From Myxococcota bacterium (GTDB lineage: Bacteria; Myxococcota_A; UBA9160; UBA6930): a DNA stretch of 56,512 nucleotides. Both the position numbers and the translations under genes were made by a program. A model generated the notes under the pieces. That model did no database searches. It was not told where the DNA came from and saw only the letters and a program-made list of their open reading frames with translations. Shown one piece after another: positions 44,335 through 52,858 of the stretch; the stretch's first letter is position 1; each line of letters starts with the position of its first letter. The stretch covers positions 1-56,512 of the forward strand of contig JBFIYM010000002.1 in assembly GCA_041605395.1 (NCBI GenBank). Direction: 5' to 3'.

Positions 44335-45543
44335 TCACACCCGGAAGCGCCGCCACACCGCGCGCCGCCGGCGCGCCAGGGAGGCGTCCCGCTCGCCGGG
44401 GCTCACCCGGGGCGTGGTGGCGGGCAGGGCGGCGCCGAGCTCGCTCCGCTTCACCGTGTGCGCACGCACTTCCGGCGCCTCCTCGGCCATCACGAAGCGG
44501 GCGATCAGGGTCCCGCGCTCATGGCCCGCGGTATCCAGCCAGTTGGGAACCCCGGGGTCCTCGTGCGCGATCACCCCGCGGAAGACGCCGTCCGGGTCGA
44601 GTCGGGCCTGTGCATGGTTGAGGGAGCTCTGGCGGGTGGTGAAGTCGATCGCCTCCCACCACCAGGTGGCCAGGGAGACGCTCCAGTGGCGGCAGCGCGG
44701 CGGCGAGAACTCGAGGATCACCGCCTCGTCCGCGCCGCACCCGAAGCACCCCATGCCATAGGCCTGGCCGCGCAGCCCGCCGTGCGCCGCGCTCTGATCG
44801 AGCGGCGGGATGCGGAGCGTGTTGGGCGGGAGCGCGAGCATCACCTTGCTCATGTCGCGCCAGAGGCCCCCGCCCTTCGTGAGCCAGCTCTCGAGCAGCT
44901 CGAGCTGCTCGTGCAGGCGCGCGGCGTGCAGGCGGGGCCGCATCACGTCGCCGCCGACGCGCTCGATGATCAGCTCGGCCGGCCGCTCGTGCTCCCAGTC
45001 CGCGAACACCTGGCGCACCTGCACGAATCGCACCTCCGGTGCGAGCGGGAGCCAGTTGCCCGTCCTCTCGTCCCCCCCGAGGTGCAGCACGAAGCTGCCG
45101 TCGGGCTCCGTCGCGAGCTCGTCGCCCGTGATGGAGGCGATCGTCTTCATCCCGCCCACCGAGCCGAGTGCGAAGTGGCTGGTGTTCACCTGGATGTCGA
45201 TCAGGTTGGCGCTTCCCTTGTGGCCCTCGAGGCGATAGGCGGCGTCGCCGCGGACCGGCGCGAAGAGATACAGGTGGTCGGGCGAGTCGAGGCCCCAGCG
45301 CCGGTTCAGGTCCATCATGCGCGTGAACTCGGGATGGTCCGGGTCCGCGTGCTCGACGCACGTCGCGATGCCGGAAGCGAGGAAGCGCAGCAGGTAGCGC
45401 AGGTACTCGGGCTCGTCGTCGGCGCGGTCCGGGAAGCTCGCATCGCGCAGCCCTTCGCGGGCCGCTTCGAGCGTGGCGCAGAGCTCGGCCCAGGCGCGGC
45501 CGTCGAGAATGCGCTTCGTCGGATCGACGCTCGCGTCGCCCAT
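44335..45543 (-). CDS. hypothetical protein, possibly DUF1214 family
   Basis: ATG at 45543 after GGGGGA, giving 402 aa. 'HWSVSLATWWWEAIDF' resembles the DUF1214 'WS(I/L)T(L/M)Y' region. The 5' two-fifths of the listed 807-aa ORF is antisense to the sulfotransferase gene. Confidence 0.6.
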   Translation of the reverse strand: MGDASVDPTKRILDGRAWAELCATLEAAREGLRDASFPDRADDEPEYLRYLLRFLASGIATCVEHADPDHPEFTRMMDLNRRWGLDSPDHLYLFAPVRGDAAYRLEGHKGSANLIDIQVNTSHFALGSVGGMKTIASITGDELATEPDGSFVLHLGGDERTGNWLPLAPEVRFVQVRQVFADWEHERPAELIIERVGGDVMRPRLHAARLHEQLELLESWLTKGGGLWRDMSKVMLALPPNTLRIPPLDQSAAHGGLRGQAYGMGCFGCGADEAVILEFSPPRCRHWSVSLATWWWEAIDFTTRQSSLNHAQARLDPDGVFRGVIAHEDPGVPNWLDTAGHERGTLIARFVMAEEAPEVRAHTVKRSELGAALPATTPRVSPGERDASLARRRRAVWRRFRV

Positions 45544-45657
45544 GTGTCCCCCGACCCCGAGGCGGTACGATGAGGCGCCCGTCCGACACCTCGCAGGCGC
45601 CGAGCATAGCGGGGCCGCCTCACGCGGGGCGTCGAGGCGGGCGGACGGAGGGCACGC

Positions 45658-46659
45658 TTGAACCGGTTCATCGTCGGCACCGGCCGCTGCGGCTCGACGC
45701 TGCTCTCGAAGATGATCGCACGGAACCCCGAGGTGCTGAGCCTCTTCGAGTTCTTCAACGGCCTCGACGGGGCGCGACGCTTCCGCGCCGAGCCGATGAC
45801 CGGGGTCGAATACCGCGACCTGATCTGCGACGTGCATCCGTTCCTGCAGCCGGTGCTCGCCCGCGGCTACGACGTGCCCGAGGTCACCTATCCGCTGGAC
45901 GATCCCGCCTTCCGCTTCGACCGGCAGAGTGGCGTCCCCTGGATCCTCGGGGTCACCGTGCCGCGGCTCTCGGACGATCCCGATGCGCTCTACGACGCGA
46001 TCCGCGCCTGGCTCGAGACCCAGCCGGCGCGACCCCCCGCCGACCAGGCGCGGGCGCTCTTCGCGTGGCTGATGGCGCGCTTCGGGCGCTCGCTCTGGGT
46101 CGAGCGCTCCGGCGGCGCGCTCGACTACCTGCGGGACCTCGAGGCGAGCTTTCCGGGCGCCCGCTTCCTGCACATCCACCGGCAGGGAGAAGAGGCCGCG
46201 CTCTCGATGCGCGAGCACCACGCCTACCGCCTCGCGATCGTGCTGACCTTCCAGCTGCCGGAGGGGACGGGCCGCAGCAGCGAGGCGCTGCGGCGCGCGG
46301 CCCCGGACGGAGACCGCATGACGCGCCTGATCGAGTCGCGGCCGGCGGCCGAGTACTTCGGTCGCTTCTGGACCGGCCAGGTCGAGCGGGGCATCGCCGT
46401 GCTCGAGAAGACCGAGCGCTCGAAGGTACACAGCGTGCGATTCGAGGACCTGCTCGCGCGCCCCCGCGACGTGCTCGCCGAGGTCACGGAGTTCCTGGCG
46501 CTTCCGGATCCCCGGGGCGCCTGGCTGGACGAGGCGGCCGCGCTGGTGCGAGGTGCGCCGCCGAGCCGCGTGAAGGAGCTGCCCCGCGACGAGGCGGAGC
46601 GCCTTCGTGACGCCTGCGAGCCGGGCAATGCGCGCCTCGGCCGCGGCCGGGCTCCGTAG
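45658..46659 (+). CDS. sulfotransferase family protein
   Basis: TTG start 5 nt after GGAGGG. The N-terminal 'IVGTGRCGSTLLSKM' is a PAPS 5'-phosphosulfate-binding loop, and 'HRQGEEAALS' is present. Confidence 0.75.
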   Translation: MNRFIVGTGRCGSTLLSKMIARNPEVLSLFEFFNGLDGARRFRAEPMTGVEYRDLICDVHPFLQPVLARGYDVPEVTYPLDDPAFRFDRQSGVPWILGVTVPRLSDDPDALYDAIRAWLETQPARPPADQARALFAWLMARFGRSLWVERSGGALDYLRDLEASFPGARFLHIHRQGEEAALSMREHHAYRLAIVLTFQLPEGTGRSSEALRRAAPDGDRMTRLIESRPAAEYFGRFWTGQVERGIAVLEKTERSKVHSVRFEDLLARPRDVLAEVTEFLALPDPRGAWLDEAAALVRGAPPSRVKELPRDEAERLRDACEPGNARLGRGRAP

Positions 46660-48661
46660 CGGCGTGGGCGAGCGCGCGTCCTTCCCGCATCTGCTCGCGC
46701 CCGGGCGCATCGGCGCCGTCGAGCTTCGCAATCGCCTGCTGATGACGCCGATGGGCACGAACCAGGAGCGGAGTGACGGTCACCTCGGCGAGGGAATCCT
46801 CGACTACTACGAGGCACGCGCGCGGGGAGGCGTCGGGCTCGTCGTCGCCGGGGTGGCGGCGATCACCTGGCCCGAGGGCGCCTGCAACCCGAACCAGGCG
46901 GCGCTCTCCGACGACCGCTTCCTGCCCGATTGGCAGGAGCTGGTGCGCCGCTGCCACCGCCACGGGGCCAAGCTGGCCGCCCAGCTCCAGCACGCCAGCA
47001 AGGTGGCGCAGGAGGACGTGAAGGCCGGACGTCCGATGTGGGTGCCTTCGGAGCCCGAGCCGAAGCTGGGCGACCTGTTCGCCGAGCTCACGCCCGCCGA
47101 GGCCGCCAAGGCGTCCTCCGCGTACCGCGCGCCGGGCGCGAAGGTGGCGTACCACGTGATGGACGCGGCCGACGTCGCGCAGATGGTGGAGCGCTTCGCG
47201 GATGCCGCGGCGCGCGCCCAGGCCGCGGGCCTCGACGCCGTGGAGATCCACGCGGGCCACGGTTACCTGCTCGCCGCCTTCCTCTCGCCGGCTTCGAACC
47301 GCCGCGACGACGCCTACGGCGGCCCACTCGAGAACCGGGCTCGCTTCCTGGTCGAGACGCTTCGCGCCGTGCGCGCGCGGGTCGGGCCCGAGTTCGGCGT
47401 CTGGTGTCGCATCGATGCCAGGGAGTTCCGCATCCCGGGTGGGATCGACCTGGCGGATGCCGTCGAGACGGCGGCCCTGGCCGAACGCGCCGGTGCCGAC
47501 GCGGTTCACGTGAGCGCCTACGCCGACCCCACCTCGGGGATCGCGTTCACGGAGGCGCCGCTGGTGCACGCGCCGGCCGGCTACCTGCCGTTCGCAGCGG
47601 CCGTGAGGCGCCGCGTCGGAATCCCGGTGATCGCGGTGGGGCGCCTCGAGCCGGCCGTGGCCGAGGCGGCGATCCGCGACGGCAGCTGCGACTTCGTGGC
47701 GATGGGCCGCAAGCTGCTCGCCGACCCCGCGCTGCCCCGGCGGCTCGCCGAGGGTCGGCCCCAGGCGGCGCGCCCGTGCGTCTACGCCTACCGCTGCGTC
47801 GGCAACGTGTTCCTACGCGAGGCGTCGCGCTGCGTGGTGAACCCCGAGCTCGGGCGCGAGCGCGAGCTGGCGCCGGGGAGCGCGGGCCGCGCGCGGCAGA
47901 TCGCGGTGGTGGGCGGCGGGCCGGCCGGCCTCGAGCTGGCCCGTCGCGCCGCCGAGCGTGGCCACCGCGTCGTGCTCTACGAACGCGAGGCCGCCCTCGG
48001 CGGTCGCGCCCGGCTCGCCGCCGCGCTCGACGCCGAGACGGGGCGCTTCGTCGCCTGGCTCGAGCGCGCCGCGCGCGCCGCCGGCGTCGAGATCCACCTC
48101 GGCGCCGAGGGCGACGCGGCCCGTCTGGCCGACTCGCAGGCGGTCGTCGTGGCGACCGGCGCGCGCCGCGACGCGCCGCGCGTGGGTGGGAGCGTGCAGG
48201 TCGTCTCCGTGGATCGGCTCGACGCGCTGCTCGACGAGCCCGCCGCGGGCCGGGCGGTCGCGGTCTCCGGGAGCGACGTCATCGGCGTCAAGGCGGCCGA
48301 GGCGCTCGCCGAGCGCGGCCACGTCGTGACGCTGCTCGAGTCGGGGTCCTTCGCGCCCGAGATGGGGCTGCCGCGCCGCTGGCGGGCGGCGGACCTTCTC
48401 GCGCGCCACGGCGTCGTGCGGCTGCGGGGCGTCGAGGGCTGGGTGGAGGCGCCCGGCGGCGTGGTCGCGCGCGCGGCCGATGGCGCGCACGAGGTCGCCT
48501 GCGGAGTGCTCGTGGAGGCGCGGGGGCTCGGGGCCGACGTCGCGCTCGTCGGCGCGCTCGAGGCCCGGGGCATCGAGGCGCACGCCATCGGCGATTGTCT
48601 CGGCCCGCGCTACCTCGAGGCCGCGCTGCTCGACGCGGCGCGCCTCGCCGTGCGTCTTTGA
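46628..48661 (+). CDS. Old Yellow Enzyme-type NADH:flavin oxidoreductase fused to an FAD/NAD(P)-binding domain (2,4-dienoyl-CoA reductase / enoate reductase-like)
   Basis: It has 'RNRLLMTPMGTN', 'EIHAGHGYLLAAFLSP', a Cys cluster 'RPCVYAYRCVGNVF..RCVVNP' and 'IAVVGGGPAGLE'. The start is ATG 46628 or GTG 46664. Confidence 0.85.
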   Translation: MRASAAAGLRSGVGERASFPHLLAPGRIGAVELRNRLLMTPMGTNQERSDGHLGEGILDYYEARARGGVGLVVAGVAAITWPEGACNPNQAALSDDRFLPDWQELVRRCHRHGAKLAAQLQHASKVAQEDVKAGRPMWVPSEPEPKLGDLFAELTPAEAAKASSAYRAPGAKVAYHVMDAADVAQMVERFADAAARAQAAGLDAVEIHAGHGYLLAAFLSPASNRRDDAYGGPLENRARFLVETLRAVRARVGPEFGVWCRIDAREFRIPGGIDLADAVETAALAERAGADAVHVSAYADPTSGIAFTEAPLVHAPAGYLPFAAAVRRRVGIPVIAVGRLEPAVAEAAIRDGSCDFVAMGRKLLADPALPRRLAEGRPQAARPCVYAYRCVGNVFLREASRCVVNPELGRERELAPGSAGRARQIAVVGGGPAGLELARRAAERGHRVVLYEREAALGGRARLAAALDAETGRFVAWLERAARAAGVEIHLGAEGDAARLADSQAVVVATGARRDAPRVGGSVQVVSVDRLDALLDEPAAGRAVAVSGSDVIGVKAAEALAERGHVVTLLESGSFAPEMGLPRRWRAADLLARHGVVRLRGVEGWVEAPGGVVARAADGAHEVACGVLVEARGLGADVALVGALEARGIEAHAIGDCLGPRYLEAALLDAARLAVRL

Positions 48662-48719
48662 TCCGCGTCGTCGCGCGGGCGTTGCCCGCGGCCGACCGCG
48701 CAGAACGGAGGAGCAGCTC

Positions 48720-49466
48720 ATGAGCGATGGGAACGGATCGAGCACGAACCGGGAGGCCGTCGACTGGCGGCTCAGGATGAGCCTCGGGCTCACCGGCATC
48801 TGGCTGGTGCTGGGCTTCCTCTACATCTCGAGCGTGGTCGGCTGGACCGGCTTCGTGCAGCAGCAGGCGCCGGCGCTCGGGAACTTCCTGGAAGGAGCCT
48901 TCGCGCCATTGGCCTTCCTGTGGCTGGTGGTGGGTTTCTTCCTGCAGCAGCGGCAGCTCGAGCAGAACACGGCGACGCTCTCGGCGCAGCTCGAGGTCAT
49001 GCACCGCAGCGCAGAGCAGGCGGAGCTGCAGTCGCGTGCGATCGCCGCGGACGAGCTCCACTCTCGTCAGGACACCTTTTTGCGCGTCGCCGACATGGTG
49101 CGCGAGCAGCTCGGCGTGATCGCGGGCTTCCTCTACCTCTCGTGGGCGGTGGAGCACGGCGAATCCCAGATGGAGGGGCCCGACGGCGCGCTGGCCCAGT
49201 TCAAGGCGCAGGGCGCCGGCGACACCAGCGCCTTCGACCGCGCCATCTTCCGGCAGATCTACGGCGGCATCGTCAGCGCCGAGGTGCTGTTCTGGGGGAC
49301 GCCGGTCCGGACGCAGCACAGCCAGAATTTCACCCTGCACTTCGAGCGGTTGCTGCGGCTGGCGGGGCGCTGCGACCCGGAGGGCGTGATCCAGGACGCC
49401 CTCCGCGACAGCACCAGCGGGCGGATCTACCGGCTGATGCAGGAGGCACGTCCGTCCCGCGCCTGA
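48720..49466 (+). CDS. hypothetical membrane protein (two N-terminal TM helices plus coiled-coil)
   Basis: ATG is 7 nt after GGAGGAG. The TM helices are 'LGLTGIWLVLGFLYISSVV' and 'FAPLAFLWLVVGFFL', followed by a Gln/Glu-rich helix. I recognised no family. Confidence 0.6.
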   Translation: MSDGNGSSTNREAVDWRLRMSLGLTGIWLVLGFLYISSVVGWTGFVQQQAPALGNFLEGAFAPLAFLWLVVGFFLQQRQLEQNTATLSAQLEVMHRSAEQAELQSRAIAADELHSRQDTFLRVADMVREQLGVIAGFLYLSWAVEHGESQMEGPDGALAQFKAQGAGDTSAFDRAIFRQIYGGIVSAEVLFWGTPVRTQHSQNFTLHFERLLRLAGRCDPEGVIQDALRDSTSGRIYRLMQEARPSRA

Positions 49467-49486
49467 TGCAGGAGGCACGTCCGTCC
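49434..49486. repeat. tandem duplication, 24-nt identical core with 29-bp period
   Basis: 'ctgatgcaggaggcacgtccgtcc' occurs at 49434-49457 and again at 49463-49486, identical at 24 of 24 positions. It spans the stop codon of the 48720 gene. Confidence 0.9.
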
Positions 49487-49505
49487 TGAGGTAGGCTGCC
49501 GCGCC

Positions 49506-50276
49506 ATGTCGGTCCCGTTCGAGCTCGGTGGGCGTCGCGTGCTCGTGATGGGCGCCTCCTCCGGCGTGGGGCGCGCCGTGGCGGCGTGCGCGGCGGCGGC
49601 CGGGGCGCGCGTCGCGCTGTCGGCGCGGCGGCGGGATCGCCTCGAGGAGACCGCCCGCGCCCTCGTGGCCGACGGCGCCGAGGCGCACGCCGTTCCCTGC
49701 GACGTGACCCGGGAGGACGACTGCCGGCGCGGCGTGGCGGAGGCGATCGCGACGCTCGGCGGCCTCGACGCCCTGGTCTACGCCTCGGGCATCTCGCCGC
49801 TCTGCATGCTCGCGGAGGCCGGGCAGGGCGACTGGCGCGAGGTGCTCGACGTGAACCTGATCGGGGCGTCGCTGGTGACGGCCGCCGCGACGCCGGCCCT
49901 CGCCGAGAGCCGCGGCCGGGCGGTCTACGTGGGCTCCTACAGCGAGCGCCAGACGCTGCCGGGGATCGGCCTCTACAGCGTCTCGAAGAGCGCGCTGGCG
50001 GCGCTGATCGAGGGCTGGCGCCTGGAGCAGCCCGCCGTCGACTTCACGCGCGTGGTGCTCGGCAACACCGCCGACACCGAGTTCGCGCGCGCCTGGGGAC
50101 CGGAACGCACGGCCTCGATCACCCGGCTCTGGGTCGAGCGCGGCCTGTTTCCCGCCCCCAACATGATGCCGCTCGCGCACGCGGCGGAAGCGATCTGCGC
50201 GGTCCTGGCGCTACGCGGCTTCGTCGACGAGATCGGCGTCATGCCGAGGCCGAGCGACCACCAGGTCGAGACCTGA
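49506..50276 (+). CDS. SDR family oxidoreductase
   Basis: It has 'RVLVMGASSGVGRAVA' and 'YSVSKSALAAL' (YxxxK). Confidence 0.85.
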   Translation: MSVPFELGGRRVLVMGASSGVGRAVAACAAAAGARVALSARRRDRLEETARALVADGAEAHAVPCDVTREDDCRRGVAEAIATLGGLDALVYASGISPLCMLAEAGQGDWREVLDVNLIGASLVTAAATPALAESRGRAVYVGSYSERQTLPGIGLYSVSKSALAALIEGWRLEQPAVDFTRVVLGNTADTEFARAWGPERTASITRLWVERGLFPAPNMMPLAHAAEAICAVLALRGFVDEIGVMPRPSDHQVET

Positions 50277-50305
50277 GGCCGCGGCGCGCGCGGCGGCGGG
50301 AGACG

Positions 50306-50381
50306 TGGTGGAGCTGAGGGGAGTCGAACCCCTGACCTCGTGAATGCCATTCACGCGCTCTCCCAACTGAGCTACAGCCCC
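50306..50381 (-). tRNA. tRNA-Ala (anticodon GGC), CCA encoded
   Basis: The reverse complement is GGGGCTGTAGCTCAGTTGGGAGAGCGCGTGAATGGCATTCACGAGGTCAGGGGTTCGACTCCCCTCAGCTCCACCA. It has a G3:U70 pair and anticodon loop ATGGCAT. Confidence 0.9.
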
Positions 50382-50455
50382 ACGGGTCCGCGGAGGCTAC
50401 CGGCGTCCCCCACCGGCGCAAGACCAGCGGATTCCGGATGGTATGTTGCGGCCGC

Positions 50456-50541
50456 GCCGGAGTGGCGGAATCGGCAGACGCAGGGGACTCAAAATCCCCC
50501 GGCCCGCAAGGGCCATGTGGGTTCGACTCCCACCTCCGGCA
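50456..50541 (+). tRNA. tRNA-Leu (anticodon CAA), class II with long variable arm
   Basis: Acceptor GCCGGAG/CTCCGGC, anticodon arm GGGGA-CTCAAAA-TCCCC, variable arm CGGCCCGCAAGGGCCAT, T arm GTGGG-TTCGACT-CCCAC. Confidence 0.9.
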
Positions 50542-50671
50542 CCGCCCGATTGCGCAGCCCCGTGACGCGATTTACCGTGGGCGCCATCCGGCCCGCGGGG
50601 AATGAATCCCCGGGCGCCGGCCGCGTCGAAGACCCCGAAGCCGAGACCCCCGAATCCAAGGAGAGAGAGAG

Positions 50672-51040
50672 ATGCGCAAGAGCGTTCGCAGCCTGGCCCT
50701 CGGGAGCGCCCTGCTGTTCGCAATCGGTCTGGTGTTCGCGAGCCCGGCCTTCGCCGACTGCGAGGGGATGCGGGAGTTCACGGGCCTGCTCCAGGACGTG
50801 AAGAAGGGCAAGAAGGGTCGTTTCGTGGTGGACAACCGCCAGGGCGACAAGGTGAAGTTCGTCCGGGACGCGACCAGCGTCGTGGTGGACGAGCGCCCGA
50901 CGGACAAGAAGAAGGAAGAGTGGGACGATCTCTCCAACGGCGACTACGTCTCGGTGTGCTGGAAGTTCACCGACAACCCGCGCAAGGCGTACAAGGTCCA
51001 GGTGCGCCCGGAGCCCGCGGACAACGCCGAGGACAACTAG
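50672..51040 (+). CDS. hypothetical small secreted Lys-rich protein (122 aa)
   Basis: A strong SD lies inside a (GA)6 tract. The signal peptide is 'LLFAIGLVFASPAFA|DC'. The mature part has two Cys. I recognised no family. Confidence 0.65.
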   Translation: MRKSVRSLALGSALLFAIGLVFASPAFADCEGMREFTGLLQDVKKGKKGRFVVDNRQGDKVKFVRDATSVVVDERPTDKKKEEWDDLSNGDYVSVCWKFTDNPRKAYKVQVRPEPADNAEDN

Positions 51041-51134
51041 GCGTCGGTGGCGCCCCGGCGGCGCCCCAACCGCGTCCGCGAAGCGTCGATCCCTGGGTTC
51101 GCGCTCGCCCATCCCGGGCACTACCGTCTCGGAG

Positions 51135-52283
51135 ATGGGCGAGGCGCCGCTTCATCCCGAACAGTACGAGCGCTACCGCCGGCACCTGAGCCTGCCGGAG
51201 TTCGGGCTCGAGGGGCAGCAGCGGCTGCTCGCCGGCAGCGTCCTGCTGATCGGGGCCGGCGGGCTCGGTTGTCCGCTCGCGCAGTACCTGGCGGCCGCCG
51301 GCGTCGGGCGGCTCGGCCTGGTCGACTTCGACGTGGTCGAGGTCTCGAACCTCCAGCGCCAGGTGCTCTACGGCAGCGCCGACCTCGGGCGCCCCAAGGT
51401 CGAGGTCATGCAGGAGCGCATCCACGCCCAGAACCCCGACGTCGAGGTGCAGACGTTCCGCGAGCGTCTCAGCTCGGAGAACGCGCTCGGGCTGTTCCGG
51501 GATTTCGACGTCGTGATCGATGGCACCGACAACTTCCCCACCCGCTACCTCTCGAACGACGCCTGCGTGCTGCTCGGCAAGCCGAACGTCTACGGGGCGA
51601 TCCTGCGCTTCGAAGGCCAGGCCTCGACCTTCGATGCGCGGCGCGGGCCCTGCTACCGCTGTCTGTTCCCGGAGCCGCCGCCGCCGGGCAGCGTGCCCTC
51701 GTGCGCGGAGGGCGGCGTGCTCGGCGTGCTGCCCGGCATCATCGCGATGATCCAGGCGACCGAGGCCGTGAAGCTGCTGACCGGCGTGGGCGAGCCGCTG
51801 CTCGGGCGCTTCCTCCACTACGACGCGCTCGCCATGCGCTTCGACGAGTTCCGCTTCGAGAAGGATCCGGCGTGCCCGGTCTGCGGCGAGCAGCCGAGCG
51901 TGACCGAGCTGATCGACTACGAGGGCTTCTGTGGTGTTCCGCGGGAGGAGGGCACGGCGTTGGTCGAGATCTCCGCGGTCGAGCTCCAGGCGCTCCGCCA
52001 GCGGGGCGAGCCGCACCTGCTGCTCGACGTACGCGAGCCGGCCGAGTGGGAGACGGCGAGGATCGAGGGAGCGACGCTCGTGCCCCTGGGCCAGCTTCCC
52101 GCCCGGCTTCCCGAGCTCGCGGACTGGAAGGACCGCCGCGTGATCGCCCAGTGTCATTCGGGCGTGCGCAGCGCCCGGGCCTGCGAGATCCTGCGCGAGG
52201 CGGGCTTCACCCGGGTCGAGAACCTCGTCGGCGGCATCGACGCGTGGTCGCTCACGGTGGACCCGGACGTCCCGCGCTACTGA
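51135..52283 (+). CDS. moeB: MoeB/ThiF-type adenylyltransferase with C-terminal rhodanese domain (MoeZ-like)
   Basis: It has 'RYRRHLSLPEFGLEGQQRL', 'IGAGGLGCP', 'CYRCLFPEPP' and a C-terminal rhodanese 'AQCHSGVRSA'. Confidence 0.9.
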   Translation: MGEAPLHPEQYERYRRHLSLPEFGLEGQQRLLAGSVLLIGAGGLGCPLAQYLAAAGVGRLGLVDFDVVEVSNLQRQVLYGSADLGRPKVEVMQERIHAQNPDVEVQTFRERLSSENALGLFRDFDVVIDGTDNFPTRYLSNDACVLLGKPNVYGAILRFEGQASTFDARRGPCYRCLFPEPPPPGSVPSCAEGGVLGVLPGIIAMIQATEAVKLLTGVGEPLLGRFLHYDALAMRFDEFRFEKDPACPVCGEQPSVTELIDYEGFCGVPREEGTALVEISAVELQALRQRGEPHLLLDVREPAEWETARIEGATLVPLGQLPARLPELADWKDRRVIAQCHSGVRSARACEILREAGFTRVENLVGGIDAWSLTVDPDVPRY

Positions 52284-52298
52284 GAGGAGAGCGCTCCC

Positions 52299-52646
52299 TT
52301 GGCGAAGGCGAAGATCCCGGACCCGCTGACGCGGCGTCACCTGATCGAGGGGACGCTCGATCCGACGCGCGCAGGCGCGATCGCCGATGCGTACCTCGGC
52401 GCGGAGCGCGCCCAGGAGGCGGTCGCGTTCCTGGCGCGGTCCGAGGCCACGGACGCGCTCGAGGCGCTCTGGCAGCAGGCGGTGGCCGCCGGCGACGCCT
52501 TCCTGCTGCGCGAGGTCGCCGCGGCCCTGAAGCGCGCACCCGACGCCGAGACCTGGCAGCGGCTGGCCGAGGCCGCCGACGCAGCGGGCAAGGATCGCTA
52601 CGCTGCCGAAGCGCGCCGCCAGGTGGCGCGCCTCGCCGAGGCGTAG
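52299..52646 (+). CDS. hypothetical all-helical protein (115 aa)
   Basis: TTG start after GAGAGGAGAG. It has good third-position G/C and Ala/Glu-rich helices. I recognised no family. Confidence 0.55.
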   Translation: MAKAKIPDPLTRRHLIEGTLDPTRAGAIADAYLGAERAQEAVAFLARSEATDALEALWQQAVAAGDAFLLREVAAALKRAPDAETWQRLAEAADAAGKDRYAAEARRQVARLAEA

Positions 52647-52654
52647 GGGGATCG

Positions 52655-52822
52655 ATGGCGTTGCGGTGTCTGGTGGTACGAGGGCTCGTGAAGGAGGTGG
52701 AGGAGGATCTCAACAAGTTCCTCGCCAACCACGAGATCAACGTGCTGCACATGGCCCAGAGCGAGCACGGCGAGTACATCAGCATCACCCTGATCTACGA
52801 GGACCTCGCGCCCCTCTCCTGA
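52655..52822 (+). CDS. hypothetical 55-aa protein (pattern reminiscent of Cse60/DUF2758-type small proteins)
   Basis: ATG at 52655, 8 nt after the previous stop. It encodes '[44 protein letters not shown]'. Codon usage is coding-like. The family assignment is a weak impression only. Confidence 0.5.
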   Translation: MALRCLVVRGLVKEVEEDLNKFLANHEINVLHMAQSEHGEYISITLIYEDLAPLS

Positions 52823-52858
52823 GGCCCGCACGGCCGCCGGCCCGAGGCCCCTGCCCCC

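Noticed and set aside
44335-46758. The 807-aa ORF listed as a single gene.
   Set aside because: Only the part from ATG 45543 downstream has realistic composition and a ribosome-binding site. The upstream 405 codons are antisense to the sulfotransferase gene and are Arg/Pro-rich.
51041-51134. A possible molybdenum-cofactor riboswitch upstream of moeB.
   Set aside because: The region is only about 94 nt long and I could not find the conserved Moco-motif core.
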